In this document: positions 18,881-28,953 of the stretch, piece after piece
How the letters are laid out: every line of letters begins with the position of its first letter
How positions within the stretch are numbered: the stretch's first letter is position 1
From: Tepidiforma sp.
GTDB taxonomy: Bacteria > Chloroflexota > Dehalococcoidia > Tepidiformales > Tepidiformaceae
Assembly: GCA_026003935.1 (NCBI GenBank)
Contig: BPIE01000002.1
Location: 127,906-191,905 of the forward strand
DNA: 64,000 bases
Direction: 5' to 3'
The notes under the pieces: generated by a model
The model's input: the letters and a program-made list of their open reading frames with translations, nothing else
Databases searched by the model: none
Told to the model about the DNA's origin: nothing
Made by a program: the position numbers and the translations under genes

Positions 18881-19492
18881 GGCCGTCAGGGAGCGGTAAA
18901 CCTCGCCGAGGGCGCGCCAGTCTGCGAGCTGGCGTCGGAAGGGGCGGTGGACAGCCGAGCGCGCGGCAGGGTGGTAGAGGGGCATCAGCCACACGCCGCG
19001 CCAGGGGCACGGCTGCGCGACGTGCTCTTTGAGGGTGAGCCGATGCGGTTCGATGCGGCCGAGCGCAGCGAGCGCAACGGCGCCGAGGGCGGCGACGACT
19101 CGCGGCCGGACGAGGTCGAGGACTTCGGTGAGAAACGGCAGACAGGCCGCAGCCTCGGCAGCGCGCGGGCGTCGGTTGCGGCCGCGGTCGTCGAGTGGCA
19201 GGCATAGGACCGCGTTGGTCAGCGCCACTTCGGCTCTTGGCAGCCCCGCAGCGGCGAGGAGGCATGCAAACCGGGCGGCCGCCGTGTCGCCGTCGAAGGG
19301 GCGCCCTGTGCGGGCGGCACCGCGGCGGCCGGGCGCTTCACCCACGAAGAGGACGGGCCGAGTTTCGGAGGGGAGGTCGACGACGGCGCTGCCGGGCACG
19401 ACGGCGGGGCAGCGGCGACATGCGCGGGCTCGCCCGGCGAGGTCGGGGACGGTCTGGAACCGTTCGCCAGCGTGAGCGTAGGATTCGCGCAT
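18863..19492 (-). CDS. Uracil-DNA glycosylase (family 4/5-like, Fe-S)
   Basis: CRRCP, FVGEAPG, GRPF, TNAVLC.P, NRRP, PLYHPA. Confidence 0.8.
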   Translation of the reverse strand: MRESYAHAGERFQTVPDLAGRARACRRCPAVVPGSAVVDLPSETRPVLFVGEAPGRRGAARTGRPFDGDTAAARFACLLAAAGLPRAEVALTNAVLCLPLDDRGRNRRPRAAEAAACLPFLTEVLDLVRPRVVAALGAVALAALGRIEPHRLTLKEHVAQPCPWRGVWLMPLYHPAARSAVHRPFRRQLADWRALGEVYRSLTAIANFR

Positions 19493-19511
19493 CTCGACGG
19501 AGGGTAGCACT

Positions 19512-20432
19512 GTGGAACCTCGCATCGTGGCCACCGGGTTGGAATTCCCTGAGGGGCCGGTTGCGCTTGCCAACGGCGACGTCATCGTGACGGAGATTGC
19601 GGCCGGGCGGCTTAGCCGCGTGAAGCCGGATGGGACGGTCGAGGTCCTCGCCGTGACGGGCGGCGGCCCGAACGGCGCAGCGCTGGGGCCCGACGGTGCG
19701 CTGTATGTGACCCAGAACGGCGGATTCCAGTGGCATCGGCGGCCGCTGCCGGACGGCTCGACGGGGCTGTTCCCCGGTGAGCAGCCGGAGGATTACCGCG
19801 GCGGCGCCATCCAGCGGGTGACGCTCGGCGGTGAGGTAAGCACGCTGTACACGGAGTGCAACGGGATGCCCCTCAAGGGGCCGAACGACCTCGTGTTCGA
19901 CCGGGAGGGCAACTTCTATTTCACCGACCTCGGGAAGAACCGGCCGAGGGAGAAGGACCGCACCGGCGTTTACTACGCCTCGCCGGACGGAAAGTTCATT
20001 CGGGAGATCATTTTCCCGATGGAAGGGCCGAACGGCATCGGGCTGAGCCCGGATGAACGGACACTCTACGTGGCAGAGACGCCGACGGGCCGGGTCTGGG
20101 CCTATGATGTGCAGGCACCGGGGCAGGTTGCGAACGGCAGGGTCATCGGGACGGTGCCGGGTGCGCCGCCCTTCGGCTACAGCTTCTGCGACAGCATGTG
20201 CGTGGATGCCGAGGGGAACGTGATCGTGGCGACAATCCTGAACGGAGGATTGACGATGTTCTCGCCCGATGGGTCGCGCGTGCAGCACTTCCCCTGCCCG
20301 GACCTGCTCACGACCAATGCGTGCTTCGCCCCGAATATGACATCGCTCTACGTGACGCTCAGTTCGACGGGACGGCTGGGCCTTTTCGAGGCGTGGCCGA
20401 CGAAGGGGCTGAAGCTGAACTTCGCTGCCTGA
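19512..20432 (+). CDS. SMP-30/gluconolactonase family protein
   Basis: GLEFPEGP, GPND, GPNGIGLSPDE, DSMCVDAEGN, TTNACF. Confidence 0.9.
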   Translation: MEPRIVATGLEFPEGPVALANGDVIVTEIAAGRLSRVKPDGTVEVLAVTGGGPNGAALGPDGALYVTQNGGFQWHRRPLPDGSTGLFPGEQPEDYRGGAIQRVTLGGEVSTLYTECNGMPLKGPNDLVFDREGNFYFTDLGKNRPREKDRTGVYYASPDGKFIREIIFPMEGPNGIGLSPDERTLYVAETPTGRVWAYDVQAPGQVANGRVIGTVPGAPPFGYSFCDSMCVDAEGNVIVATILNGGLTMFSPDGSRVQHFPCPDLLTTNACFAPNMTSLYVTLSSTGRLGLFEAWPTKGLKLNFAA

Positions 20433-20522
20433 ACCGCGCTACGCTGTGAATTTCGGGGTAGGCTACGTAACAGAGTCGCGGGCGAAGGACCTGTCGGCGA
20501 CAATGGCGGCGGAGGCGCCGCC

Positions 20523-21380
20523 ATGCCGATAACCGTCACCCTACTCTCTCATAGCCCGGACCCCATCCGTTCGCTCTACATGGCCTACAGGGTGTGCTAC
20601 TCCAGCCTGACCCCCCAGCAGGTGGCGGAGCGCATTGCATCTGAGCGCATCAGTAGGGAGCAGATGGAGGCCTTCGTCATCGAGAGGCTGAAGACGGGCC
20701 ATAGCTCGCCCCTGGAGCAGGTCTGGTTCGAGTTCGCCATCTCCGGCGTCAGCCGCGCGTTCTCGCACCAGTTCGTCCGGCACCGGGTCGGCATCAGTTT
20801 CGAGCAGCAGTCTCAGCGCTACGTCACCTACAAGGGCGGGGCTTTCCCTTACACCGTGCCGGAGAGCGTGAAGAGGGCCGGGCTGGAGGACGAGATGGCG
20901 AGCCTCTTCGAGGAGGCGGGCGCCCTGTATGAGCGGATGGTGGAGGCTGGCGTGCCCGCGGAGGACGCGCGCTTCCTGCTGCCCAACGCCACGAACACGA
21001 ACTTCAAGGTCACGGTGAACTTCCAGTCGCTGCTGCACATCTGCGACCTCCGGCTCTGCACCCGGGCCCAGTGGGAGTTTCGCCGGGTCGCAGCCCTCAT
21101 GCGGGCTGAGGTCATGCGGGTGGAGCCCATCCTCGGCAGGATGCTGCAGCCGAAGTGCGGGGAGCAGCGGCTGGGCTACTGCGACGAATCAGAGAAGGAC
21201 TGGGCGGCCTGCCCTATCGGGCGGGTCAGGCCCCACAAGGACGCGCTCTTCCGCCTCTACGAGCAGTACCGCAGGGGCGAGTTACAGCCGCTGCGGCCTG
21301 AGGACTACGCCATCATCGAGGAAGCGGCGCCCGGCATCGCGGGCGAGGCGGCACCCTCTGCACCGGTCCCGGGGAGCTGA
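20523..21380 (+). CDS. thyX: FAD-dependent thymidylate synthase
   Basis: GHSSPLE, SRAFSHQFVRHR..SFEQQSQRY, EDARFLLP, LRLCTRAQWE. Confidence 0.93.
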   Translation: MPITVTLLSHSPDPIRSLYMAYRVCYSSLTPQQVAERIASERISREQMEAFVIERLKTGHSSPLEQVWFEFAISGVSRAFSHQFVRHRVGISFEQQSQRYVTYKGGAFPYTVPESVKRAGLEDEMASLFEEAGALYERMVEAGVPAEDARFLLPNATNTNFKVTVNFQSLLHICDLRLCTRAQWEFRRVAALMRAEVMRVEPILGRMLQPKCGEQRLGYCDESEKDWAACPIGRVRPHKDALFRLYEQYRRGELQPLRPEDYAIIEEAAPGIAGEAAPSAPVPGS

Positions 21381-21390
21381 AGGGGCAGCG

Positions 21391-21597
21391 ATGCCTGTGA
21401 AACGGGGGATGCTCGCCGGGCGCTACGGAGGCGTGGTGCTGGCGGTCGCGGGCGGGATTTCGGCGGCCTGGGGGCTGGTCTCGGGAGACACGGGGATGGC
21501 TGTCCTCGGCGGTACGGCGCTTGCAGCGCTTGCGGTTGGGTACGGCCTCCCGCGGCTCGTGCGCGGTCCCGTCGGTGACCCGGACGAGCGGGGCTGA
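21391..21597 (+). CDS. Small 2-TM membrane protein
   Basis: 68 aa with two hydrophobic segments; follows thyX. Confidence 0.55.
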   Translation: MPVKRGMLAGRYGGVVLAVAGGISAAWGLVSGDTGMAVLGGTALAALAVGYGLPRLVRGPVGDPDERG

Positions 21598-21723
21598 GGC
21601 GGCACTACCGGGCGGTCACGATGCTGTCACGGGACCGGCCGGGGCGGGTCGAATTGGATGCTCCTCCCGGGGGCGGCATCGGCCGAACCTCCTAGCAGGG
21701 AGATTGCCCCGGGGAGGCAGGCT

Positions 21724-22879
21724 GTGGCGTCGCTGGTTTCTGTGCCGGACCTTGGCCGCGATATGGTCGGCGGCGTGGTTGCGGAGTGGTATCGACCCGA
21801 CGGCGCGGAGGTCGCGCCGGGCGAGCCCGTATGCCGGCTCGAATGCGATTTTGTGGCGGTCGAACTGGAGGCCGACCGCGCAGGGGTCCTGCGGCATCGG
21901 AAGCCGGCGGGGAGCATCGAGCGCAAGGGCGCGGTACTCGGGGTGATCCTTGGCAAGGGCGAGGCGCTCCCGGCGGAAGAGGAACTGCGCGCGACGGAAC
22001 CAGGAGGCGAGACCGTCGCCGGAGACCTCGGTCAAACGGCGGCAGCGGCCGACGTGCGGGAAGCCGGAGCATTCGGCCGAGGTGCCGGACGGACGGGACG
22101 AAGGGGCCGCCGACGACGAGGCCGTGGTGGTTCCGTTCCCGCAGCGAGGAGCGGAGCGGGCGGACCCGCTGCCAGAGCCGGGCGGCGCCATCCCCGGTCT
22201 CCCGCTCTGGGACGAGGAGGCGGAGCAGCAGGCTGCAGCCGTGGGCGAGCCAGCCCGGGGCCGAGGAGACGACCCCGGCGCGGGTGTCGGGGCCGACGAG
22301 AGTCCGGTCGCCGGGGTCCCGATGGAAGGAAGCGAACGGTTCGTGCGCATCGCGGCAGAAGCGGCCGCGAGCGCGGAGGTGCTGAGCGCGCACGTCTGTG
22401 TATCGTGGACGCGCGCACAGGAGGCGGTGGACGCACTGGGCGACGAGTGGCACCCCTTTGGGCCAAAGCCGCGGCTGGAGGACCTCGCGCTGCGGGCGAT
22501 TGCCCGGGCGCTTGCCGAGGCCGGGGTCAGCGTGGGGCCCGCGGGGATGGTCATCGTCGAACCTGAGGCCGACAGGTCGTTCGCTGTGGCCGAGCCGCTC
22601 GAGGAGGAGTTCCGGCGCATGGTGCTCGCGAGGGCGGATGGGAAAGCGTCGTTCGAGCGAGCCGAATGGGTCGTGGTCTCGCTGCTGCCGATCGGGGTCG
22701 AGCGGCTCGAGCCGCGCCTCGCGGGTGGCAGACTCGCGTTCGGGCTCGGCGCCGGGCGCGACGGCCAGGGGACAGTCACGATGCGGTATGACAGCACGAT
22801 GTTCGGGGAGGGAGACGCCGGCCGTGTCCTTGCTCGGGTACGCTCGCTGGTGGAGAACCCATACCGACTCTGGGGGTGA
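21724..22879 (+). pseudogene. Degenerate dihydrolipoamide acyltransferase (E2)-like gene with +1 frameshift near 22040-22080
   Basis: SD GGGGAGG + GTG 21724 starts a lipoyl-like domain (VAEWY..DGAEV..GEPVCRLECDF). The E2-like C-terminus (LALRAIARAL...MRYDSTMFGEGDAGRVLARVRSLVENP) is in the next frame. Could be a sequencing error. Confidence 0.55.
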
Positions 22880-22886
22880 CCGGACG

Positions 22887-23597
22887 ATGTCGAGAGGCAC
22901 AGACGCCGCAGGGCGATCGGTCGCCGTATACAACCTTGGCACGACCACTTACGGGGAGGTTCACCGGCTGCAGCAGCGGCTCCAGGCTGCGCGGCGGGCC
23001 GGGTCGGGCGTGGACACCCTGCTCCTGACTGAGCATCGGCCGGTTTTCACGCTCGGGCGAAGCCACCCCGTCCCGAGCCTCCGGGTAGAGCGCGAAACGG
23101 TGGAGCGGTACGGCATCGAAATCGTGCAGACGGAACGGGGCGGGGACATCACCTACCATGGCCCCGGTCAGCTCGTTGCCTACGGGATCATCGCGCTGAA
23201 GGGCTGGGGCATCGGCGTGACGGATTATGTCGCTGGTCTCGAGGAGACGGTCGTCGGGGTGCTGGCGGACTGGGGGTTGAGAGGAGAGCGCTCGGAGCGG
23301 GGCCGCGGCGTTTGGGTGGATGGGCGGAAGATTGCATCGGTGGGGCTGAACGTGCGCGGCTGGGTAACGATGCACGGTGTCGCGTTGAACGTCGACCCGG
23401 ACCTGGGGCATTTCGAACTGATCAACCCTTGCGGGATGGCGGATGTGGAAGTGACGACGATGGCTGCCGAAGTTGGCCGGCAGGTCGATATGGAGCAGGT
23501 GGTCGAAGCGTTCGTGTTTCACTTCGGGCGGGTCTTCGACTGCACGGCGAGAATGCAGCCTATCCCGGGCCGCGAGAAGGCGGGCAAAGCGCGGTAA
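22887..23597 (+). CDS. lipB: Lipoyl(octanoyl) transferase
   Basis: EHRPVFTLGR, RGGDITYHGPGQLVAY, KIASVG, HGVALNV, INPCG. Confidence 0.95.
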   Translation: MSRGTDAAGRSVAVYNLGTTTYGEVHRLQQRLQAARRAGSGVDTLLLTEHRPVFTLGRSHPVPSLRVERETVERYGIEIVQTERGGDITYHGPGQLVAYGIIALKGWGIGVTDYVAGLEETVVGVLADWGLRGERSERGRGVWVDGRKIASVGLNVRGWVTMHGVALNVDPDLGHFELINPCGMADVEVTTMAAEVGRQVDMEQVVEAFVFHFGRVFDCTARMQPIPGREKAGKAR

Positions 23598-23709
23598 GCA
23601 TTGCGCCGTTCCAGCTGTCTCTGTTTGGGATGTACGGGAGACTCCCGAATTTTCGGTGACCGGGGGAACGCCGCGTAGCCGCGATGCGTTTTCCCTTGAG
23701 GAGGACAGA

Positions 23710-23787
23710 ATGGAACGGACGGTGCACGCGCTCGGGCTCTTCGCTGCGCTGTACGCGGCAATCGTGTTGATGCGCCTCGGGGGCTGA
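23710..23787 (+). CDS. Putative 25-aa single-TM small protein MERTVHALGLFAALYAAIVLMRLGG
   Basis: Strong SD GAGGAGGA just before ATG 23710; one hydrophobic helix. Confidence 0.55.
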   Translation: MERTVHALGLFAALYAAIVLMRLGG

Positions 23788-23797
23788 GATCGGCAGG

Positions 23798-24547
23798 TCA
23801 GCCTGCGTAGCTGGCGATGGCCTCGTCGCTGAAGTCTGCGTTGGAGTACACGCGCTGGACGTCTTCGAGGTCTTCGAGGGCCTCGATGAGGCGGAGCACC
23901 TGGTGGGCAGTCTTTTCGTCGACCTCGATGGTCGTCTTGGGAATCATTGCGAAGTCGGCGTTCTCGACCTGCAGTCCGGCTGCCTCGATGTTCTTGCGGA
24001 CGGTTTCGAGGGTTGCGGGGTCGGTTCGGACTTCAATGACGTCGCCCTGGAGCTCGACGTCTTCGGCGCCTGCATCGATGGCCTGGAGGGCCACGTCATC
24101 GGCATCGCGCCCCTCGAGGGGGATGGTGATGATGCCGCGCGGCTCGAATTGCCAGGCCACGGAACCGGACTCGCCGAGGCTGCCGCCAGCACGGCTGAAC
24201 TGGTGCCGAACCTCGGAGACGGTGCGGTTGCGGTTATCGGTGAGAGCGGCCACGAGGATAGCGATGCCGCCCGGTGCGTAGCCTTCGTAGGTGATTTCTT
24301 CGAGCTGGTCTTCCTGTGCGCCGCCCGTAGCCTTGGAGATGGCACGTTCGATGTTGTCGTTTGGCATGTTGGCGGCACGTGCGCGCTGGATGGCGAGGCG
24401 GAGCTTGAAGTTGCCGGCAGGGTCGGGACCGCCCTGTTTCGCTGCCTGCATAATTTCGCGGGTGAGTTTGGTGAAGAGGGCGCCTCGCTTTTGGTCGTTG
24501 GCGCCCTTCTGGCGCTTGATCTGCGCCCACTTCGAATGGCCTGCCAT
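23798..24547 (-). CDS. yebC: YebC/PmpR family protein
   Basis: MAGHSKWAQIKRQKG, YEGYAPGG, TDNRNRT, EDVQRVYSN. Confidence 0.95.
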   Translation of the reverse strand: MAGHSKWAQIKRQKGANDQKRGALFTKLTREIMQAAKQGGPDPAGNFKLRLAIQRARAANMPNDNIERAISKATGGAQEDQLEEITYEGYAPGGIAILVAALTDNRNRTVSEVRHQFSRAGGSLGESGSVAWQFEPRGIITIPLEGRDADDVALQAIDAGAEDVELQGDVIEVRTDPATLETVRKNIEAAGLQVENADFAMIPKTTIEVDEKTAHQVLRLIEALEDLEDVQRVYSNADFSDEAIASYAG

Positions 24548-24638
24548 CGGTCGTGCTCCGGTGGTGGGGTGACGTGGTGTGCCTTCGAGTGTACCGACGG
24601 GGGTTGGTTCTGGCGAAATCGGGCCGAGCGAAGGAGGT

Positions 24639-25187
24639 TCAGACCGACCGGATGCCGTCGACCGCGAACGCCGCGGCGAAGATGACCGTGAGGGCGGCGA
24701 GAAGCCGTGCGAGGCCATCGACTGCGGCGCGGCTTCGCCCGATACGCGCGGCTACCAGCAGGAGCGCTGCCGCAACGGCCGCGCCGGAACTGACCGCTGC
24801 CAGCTCCCAGCCCTCGCGGGCCGAGATGAGCACCGCGACCGCCAGCGGTGACGGGGCGAGGAGCAGGGGGAACACCAGCGGGACAAGGAGCGAACGAAAC
24901 CCGTCCGGTTGGGGTTCCGCGGAAAGGGGCCGCGGCCCAACCGCGAGGAGGGAGGCGCCGGAGGCGGCGAGGATGACGCCGGCAGCAACGTCGAAGGTCT
25001 CGGGCTCGACCGACAAGGCACGGAGAAGGTCGTTCGCTGTGACGGCGGCAACCGCGTAGGCGGCGACTCCGACGATGCCGGCAGCCAGCAGGGCGAACCG
25101 TTCCGGACGTTTCGGACCAATGCTCGCAGCGATGGCGAACGGGTTCAGCGCGGAGAGCGTGACGAGGAGGGCAAGCCAGGGATTCAC
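24639..25187 (-). CDS. MarC-like membrane protein
   Basis: LNPF, F.VAAGVIL, VPLVFPLLLAP; about 6 TM segments. Confidence 0.6.
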   Translation of the reverse strand: MNPWLALLVTLSALNPFAIAASIGPKRPERFALLAAGIVGVAAYAVAAVTANDLLRALSVEPETFDVAAGVILAASGASLLAVGPRPLSAEPQPDGFRSLLVPLVFPLLLAPSPLAVAVLISAREGWELAAVSSGAAVAAALLLVAARIGRSRAAVDGLARLLAALTVIFAAAFAVDGIRSV

Positions 25188-26362
25188 GGCTGGTCCTTTC
25201 CGGCGAGGATGAGCGAAGCGAGGAGCAGGGCAGAGAGCGCGTGCTGCTGGTCGTCCATGCGGGTAATGCCGTCGGTGAACCAGGCGCCTTCAGCACGCGT
25301 CCGGTTGGGCGCGGCTGCGGCTTCACGAGCGTCGAACTGCCGTTCCTGGAGCATGCCCGCCGCACAGGCGAGTCGCTCTTCGACGGCGGGCAAGAGGTGG
25401 GTGAGGCGGGGGTCGGCTGCGGCCGCCCGGTGGAGGCCGGCGAGTCCTTCGCCCCAAGTGCCGAGCCCCGCCGCACGGGCCTGCCGCCCGTGAAGGAGCC
25501 GCGACCACCAGGTGTCGCGGCGGGCGGCATCGCTGCGGACGAGGAGCCCGAAGCGGCCGGCAAGAGACTCGAGGTAGCGGACTTCGCTATCAGTGAGTCC
25601 CCAGGCAGCCATCTCTCCGAAGCCGTAGGCGGCCCACTGGTCGGCCCACGGGGGGAATTTGAGGTTTTCAACGCGGTCGCGGTCTTCGGCGAGGTACCGG
25701 GCGGTGCGGCGGGCGGGAACGTCCCAGCCCTCGTCGGGGAAGAGCCGGTGCATGAGGGTGAGGGCCCAGAATGCTTCGCCGGTGGCGTATTTGGACCGCT
25801 CGCCTGGGACCGGAGCGGCGGCCGCGACGTCCCAGCGGTTGAGAAAGGCGCCATCGGGGAGCTGGAGCGCGAGCATCCCCCGGGCAAGCTCGCGCATGAG
25901 GTCGTCATACTGGTCGTCGCCCGTGGCAATGCGGCGCTGGAGGAGGGACGCGAGCATCAGGGCGGTAGCGCCCAGCCGCACGGTGCCATTGCCGGGGTCC
26001 TGGAGCGCGGCCCAGTCATCGTGGCGGTAGAGGTTCCGGAGCATCCAGCGGAGTCCGGCATCGGCCGCAGGCAGGACCGAGAGGTCGCCGGCCGCGGCGA
26101 GCTGGTACAGGGACATCGTGACGCCGGCGTGGCGGACGACGTTGTAGCCGAGGAGGTCGGTGTCACTGTCGATGGTGTATTCGTAAACGTACGAGCCGTC
26201 GGGGTACTGATTTGATTCGATCCATGCGGCGGCGAGGCGAGCGGATGCGAGTGCCGACTCGGGACTGACGGCCGGACAATACTGGGGCGCGAGAATGGTA
26301 GCCCGGAGCAGTACAGCGCCGAGCGCCCAGACAGCGACGGAAAACAGCGCCGTCCGCCTCAT
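25184..26362 (-). CDS. Membrane-anchored hypothetical protein, probable alpha/alpha-barrel
   Basis: N-terminal hydrophobic segment. GSYVYEY, YNVVRHAG, RLGATAL, YATGEAFWAL, RMDDQQHALSA. Confidence 0.65.
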   Translation of the reverse strand: MRRTALFSVAVWALGAVLLRATILAPQYCPAVSPESALASARLAAAWIESNQYPDGSYVYEYTIDSDTDLLGYNVVRHAGVTMSLYQLAAAGDLSVLPAADAGLRWMLRNLYRHDDWAALQDPGNGTVRLGATALMLASLLQRRIATGDDQYDDLMRELARGMLALQLPDGAFLNRWDVAAAAPVPGERSKYATGEAFWALTLMHRLFPDEGWDVPARRTARYLAEDRDRVENLKFPPWADQWAAYGFGEMAAWGLTDSEVRYLESLAGRFGLLVRSDAARRDTWWSRLLHGRQARAAGLGTWGEGLAGLHRAAAADPRLTHLLPAVEERLACAAGMLQERQFDAREAAAAPNRTRAEGAWFTDGITRMDDQQHALSALLLASLILAGKDQP

Positions 26363-26420
26363 GGGGCTGGAGCATACCGGAGACCGGAAGGCGGAGGAGG
26401 AAAATCCGGCCGGGGCAGCG

Positions 26421-27014
26421 CTAGGCTTCGGAGGGGAGAGCTTGGGCGGCGGCGCTGCAGAGGCGGTCCATGACGGGGAAGAGTTCCTGCCCCCTGGGGG
26501 TGAGCGTGTAGCGCGATGTCGGCGGGTAGGTGTGCTCGACGGTGCGTTCGACGAGGCCCGCGTCGTTGAGGTCTTTGAGGGCGAGGGCAAGGGCGCGGGG
26601 GGTGATGCCGGGCAGGTCGTCTTCGATACGGGAATAGCGGCTGGCACCTCGCCCGACGGCGACGAGCACGAGCATGGGCCATTTCTTGAGTGCGAGCGGA
26701 ACGATTTCCATAGCTCGGACGGTTTCGACGGCTTCGATACATGCCTGGCCGACAACCCGGCCGGCTTTGGTCAGGTCGCATCGGTAACTGCGACGGTCGG
26801 GCTGGCGGACGAGGACGCCCGCGGCTTCGAGGGCGCGGAGCGTCTGCGCGAAGGTGTCGCGGGAGGCGCCAAAGATGCGCTGGAGCTCGGCCGCGCGTTG
26901 AGGGCCATCGCGGTAGAGGCGGGCGATGGTTGGCACCGACCAGCGGTGGTGGAACATGCGGGTAGCGGGGACGAGCGAAGTCAACGAGCACCCTGCTTGG
27001 GAGAGGCTGTTCAT
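26421..27014 (-). CDS. Tandem HxlR-type winged-helix transcriptional regulator
   Basis: Two HxlR-like repeats (RWSVPTI...LRALEAAGVL...LTKAG; KWPMLVL...LKDLNDAGLVERTV..YPP..RYTLTPRG). Leaderless after TTGCAA-17-TACAAG. Confidence 0.8.
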   Translation of the reverse strand: MNSLSQAGCSLTSLVPATRMFHHRWSVPTIARLYRDGPQRAAELQRIFGASRDTFAQTLRALEAAGVLVRQPDRRSYRCDLTKAGRVVGQACIEAVETVRAMEIVPLALKKWPMLVLVAVGRGASRYSRIEDDLPGITPRALALALKDLNDAGLVERTVEHTYPPTSRYTLTPRGQELFPVMDRLCSAAAQALPSEA

Positions 27015-27075
27015 CTCTGCTTGTACACTTGCTATATTTTGATTGCAAGGCAGCGGCGACCGGGCGGTTGACTGC

Positions 27076-27104
27076 TTGCCATTGTGACGTCCCGGACGCA
27101 TACT
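27076..27104 (+). promoter_or_regulatory. Promoter of the tRNA-tuf operon
   Basis: TTGCCA (27076-27081), 17 bp, CATACT (27099-27104). Confidence 0.6.
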
Positions 27105-27170
27105 TAGAGCTTGATCCGCTGCGGCGGATCGTTTTTGTGTTGGAATCCGCTGGGGTTCCCGGGAGGCAAG

Positions 27171-27245
27171 GCCCGGGTGGCGCAACGGCAGCGCATCCGA
27201 TTTGTAATCGGACGGTTAGGGGTTCGAATCCCCTCTCGGGCTCCA
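27171..27245 (+). tRNA. tRNA-Thr(TGT)
   Basis: Anticodon arm TCCGA-TTTGTAA-TCGGA, GGTTCGAATCC, CCA end. Confidence 0.93.
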
Positions 27246-27284
27246 ACACAAAAGCCTGGCTGCGCGAGCAGCCGGGGACGCCAT

Positions 27285-27371
27285 GGAGAGATGGCCGAGT
27301 GGTTAATGGCAGCAGACTGTAAATCTGCCGCGCTTCGCGCTTCGTAGGTTCGAATCCTACTCTCTCCACCA
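27285..27371 (+). tRNA. tRNA-Tyr(GTA)
   Basis: GGAGAGATGGCCGAGTGG, arm GCAGA-CTGTAAA-TCTGC, long variable arm, CCA. Confidence 0.97.
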
Positions 27372-27410
27372 CCAAGCCACATCAACCGGCGGTCGACCGC
27401 CGGGCGGTAG

Positions 27411-27486
27411 GCCCTCATAGCTCAGCAGGCAGAGCGCGTTCTTGGTAAGAACGAGGTCTCCGGTTCGAACCCGGATGAGGGCTCCA
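27411..27486 (+). tRNA. tRNA-Thr(GGT)
   Basis: GCCCTCATAGCTCAG, arm GTTC-TTGGTAA-GAAC, GGTTCGAACCC, CCA. Confidence 0.96.
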
Positions 27487-27547
27487 GTGTGGATTCCCGG
27501 CGGCGGGGCCGCCGTTCCAAACCAGGCCCGGAGGGCAGAGGCAACCC

Positions 27548-28747
<1,200 letters not shown>

Positions 28748-28780
28748 GGCTAAGCCCCGGGGTAAGGAGGGAGGAGCCAT

Positions 28781-28948
28781 ATGGCCAGCAAGAAGGGGGA
28801 CCGGATCATCATCCACCTCCAGAGTACGGAGGGGCCGGTGTACCGGTACACGACCCAGAAGAACCGGCGGAATGATTCTGGCCGCCTTGAGCTGAAGAAG
28901 TATCACCCGGGGCTGCGGAAGCACGTCCTGTTCCGGGAGACGCGGTAA
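28781..28948 (+). CDS. rpmG: 50S ribosomal protein L33 (cysteine-free form)
   Basis: Manual translation [55 protein letters not shown]. Strong SD; located between tuf and secE. Confidence 0.93.
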   Translation: MASKKGDRIIIHLQSTEGPVYRYTTQKNRRNDSGRLELKKYHPGLRKHVLFRETR

Positions 28949-28953
28949 CGCCA

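Noticed and set aside
23944-25929. 661-aa minus-strand ORF
   Set aside because: Out-of-frame overlap of three real genes; Pro/Arg/Ser-rich with no motifs.
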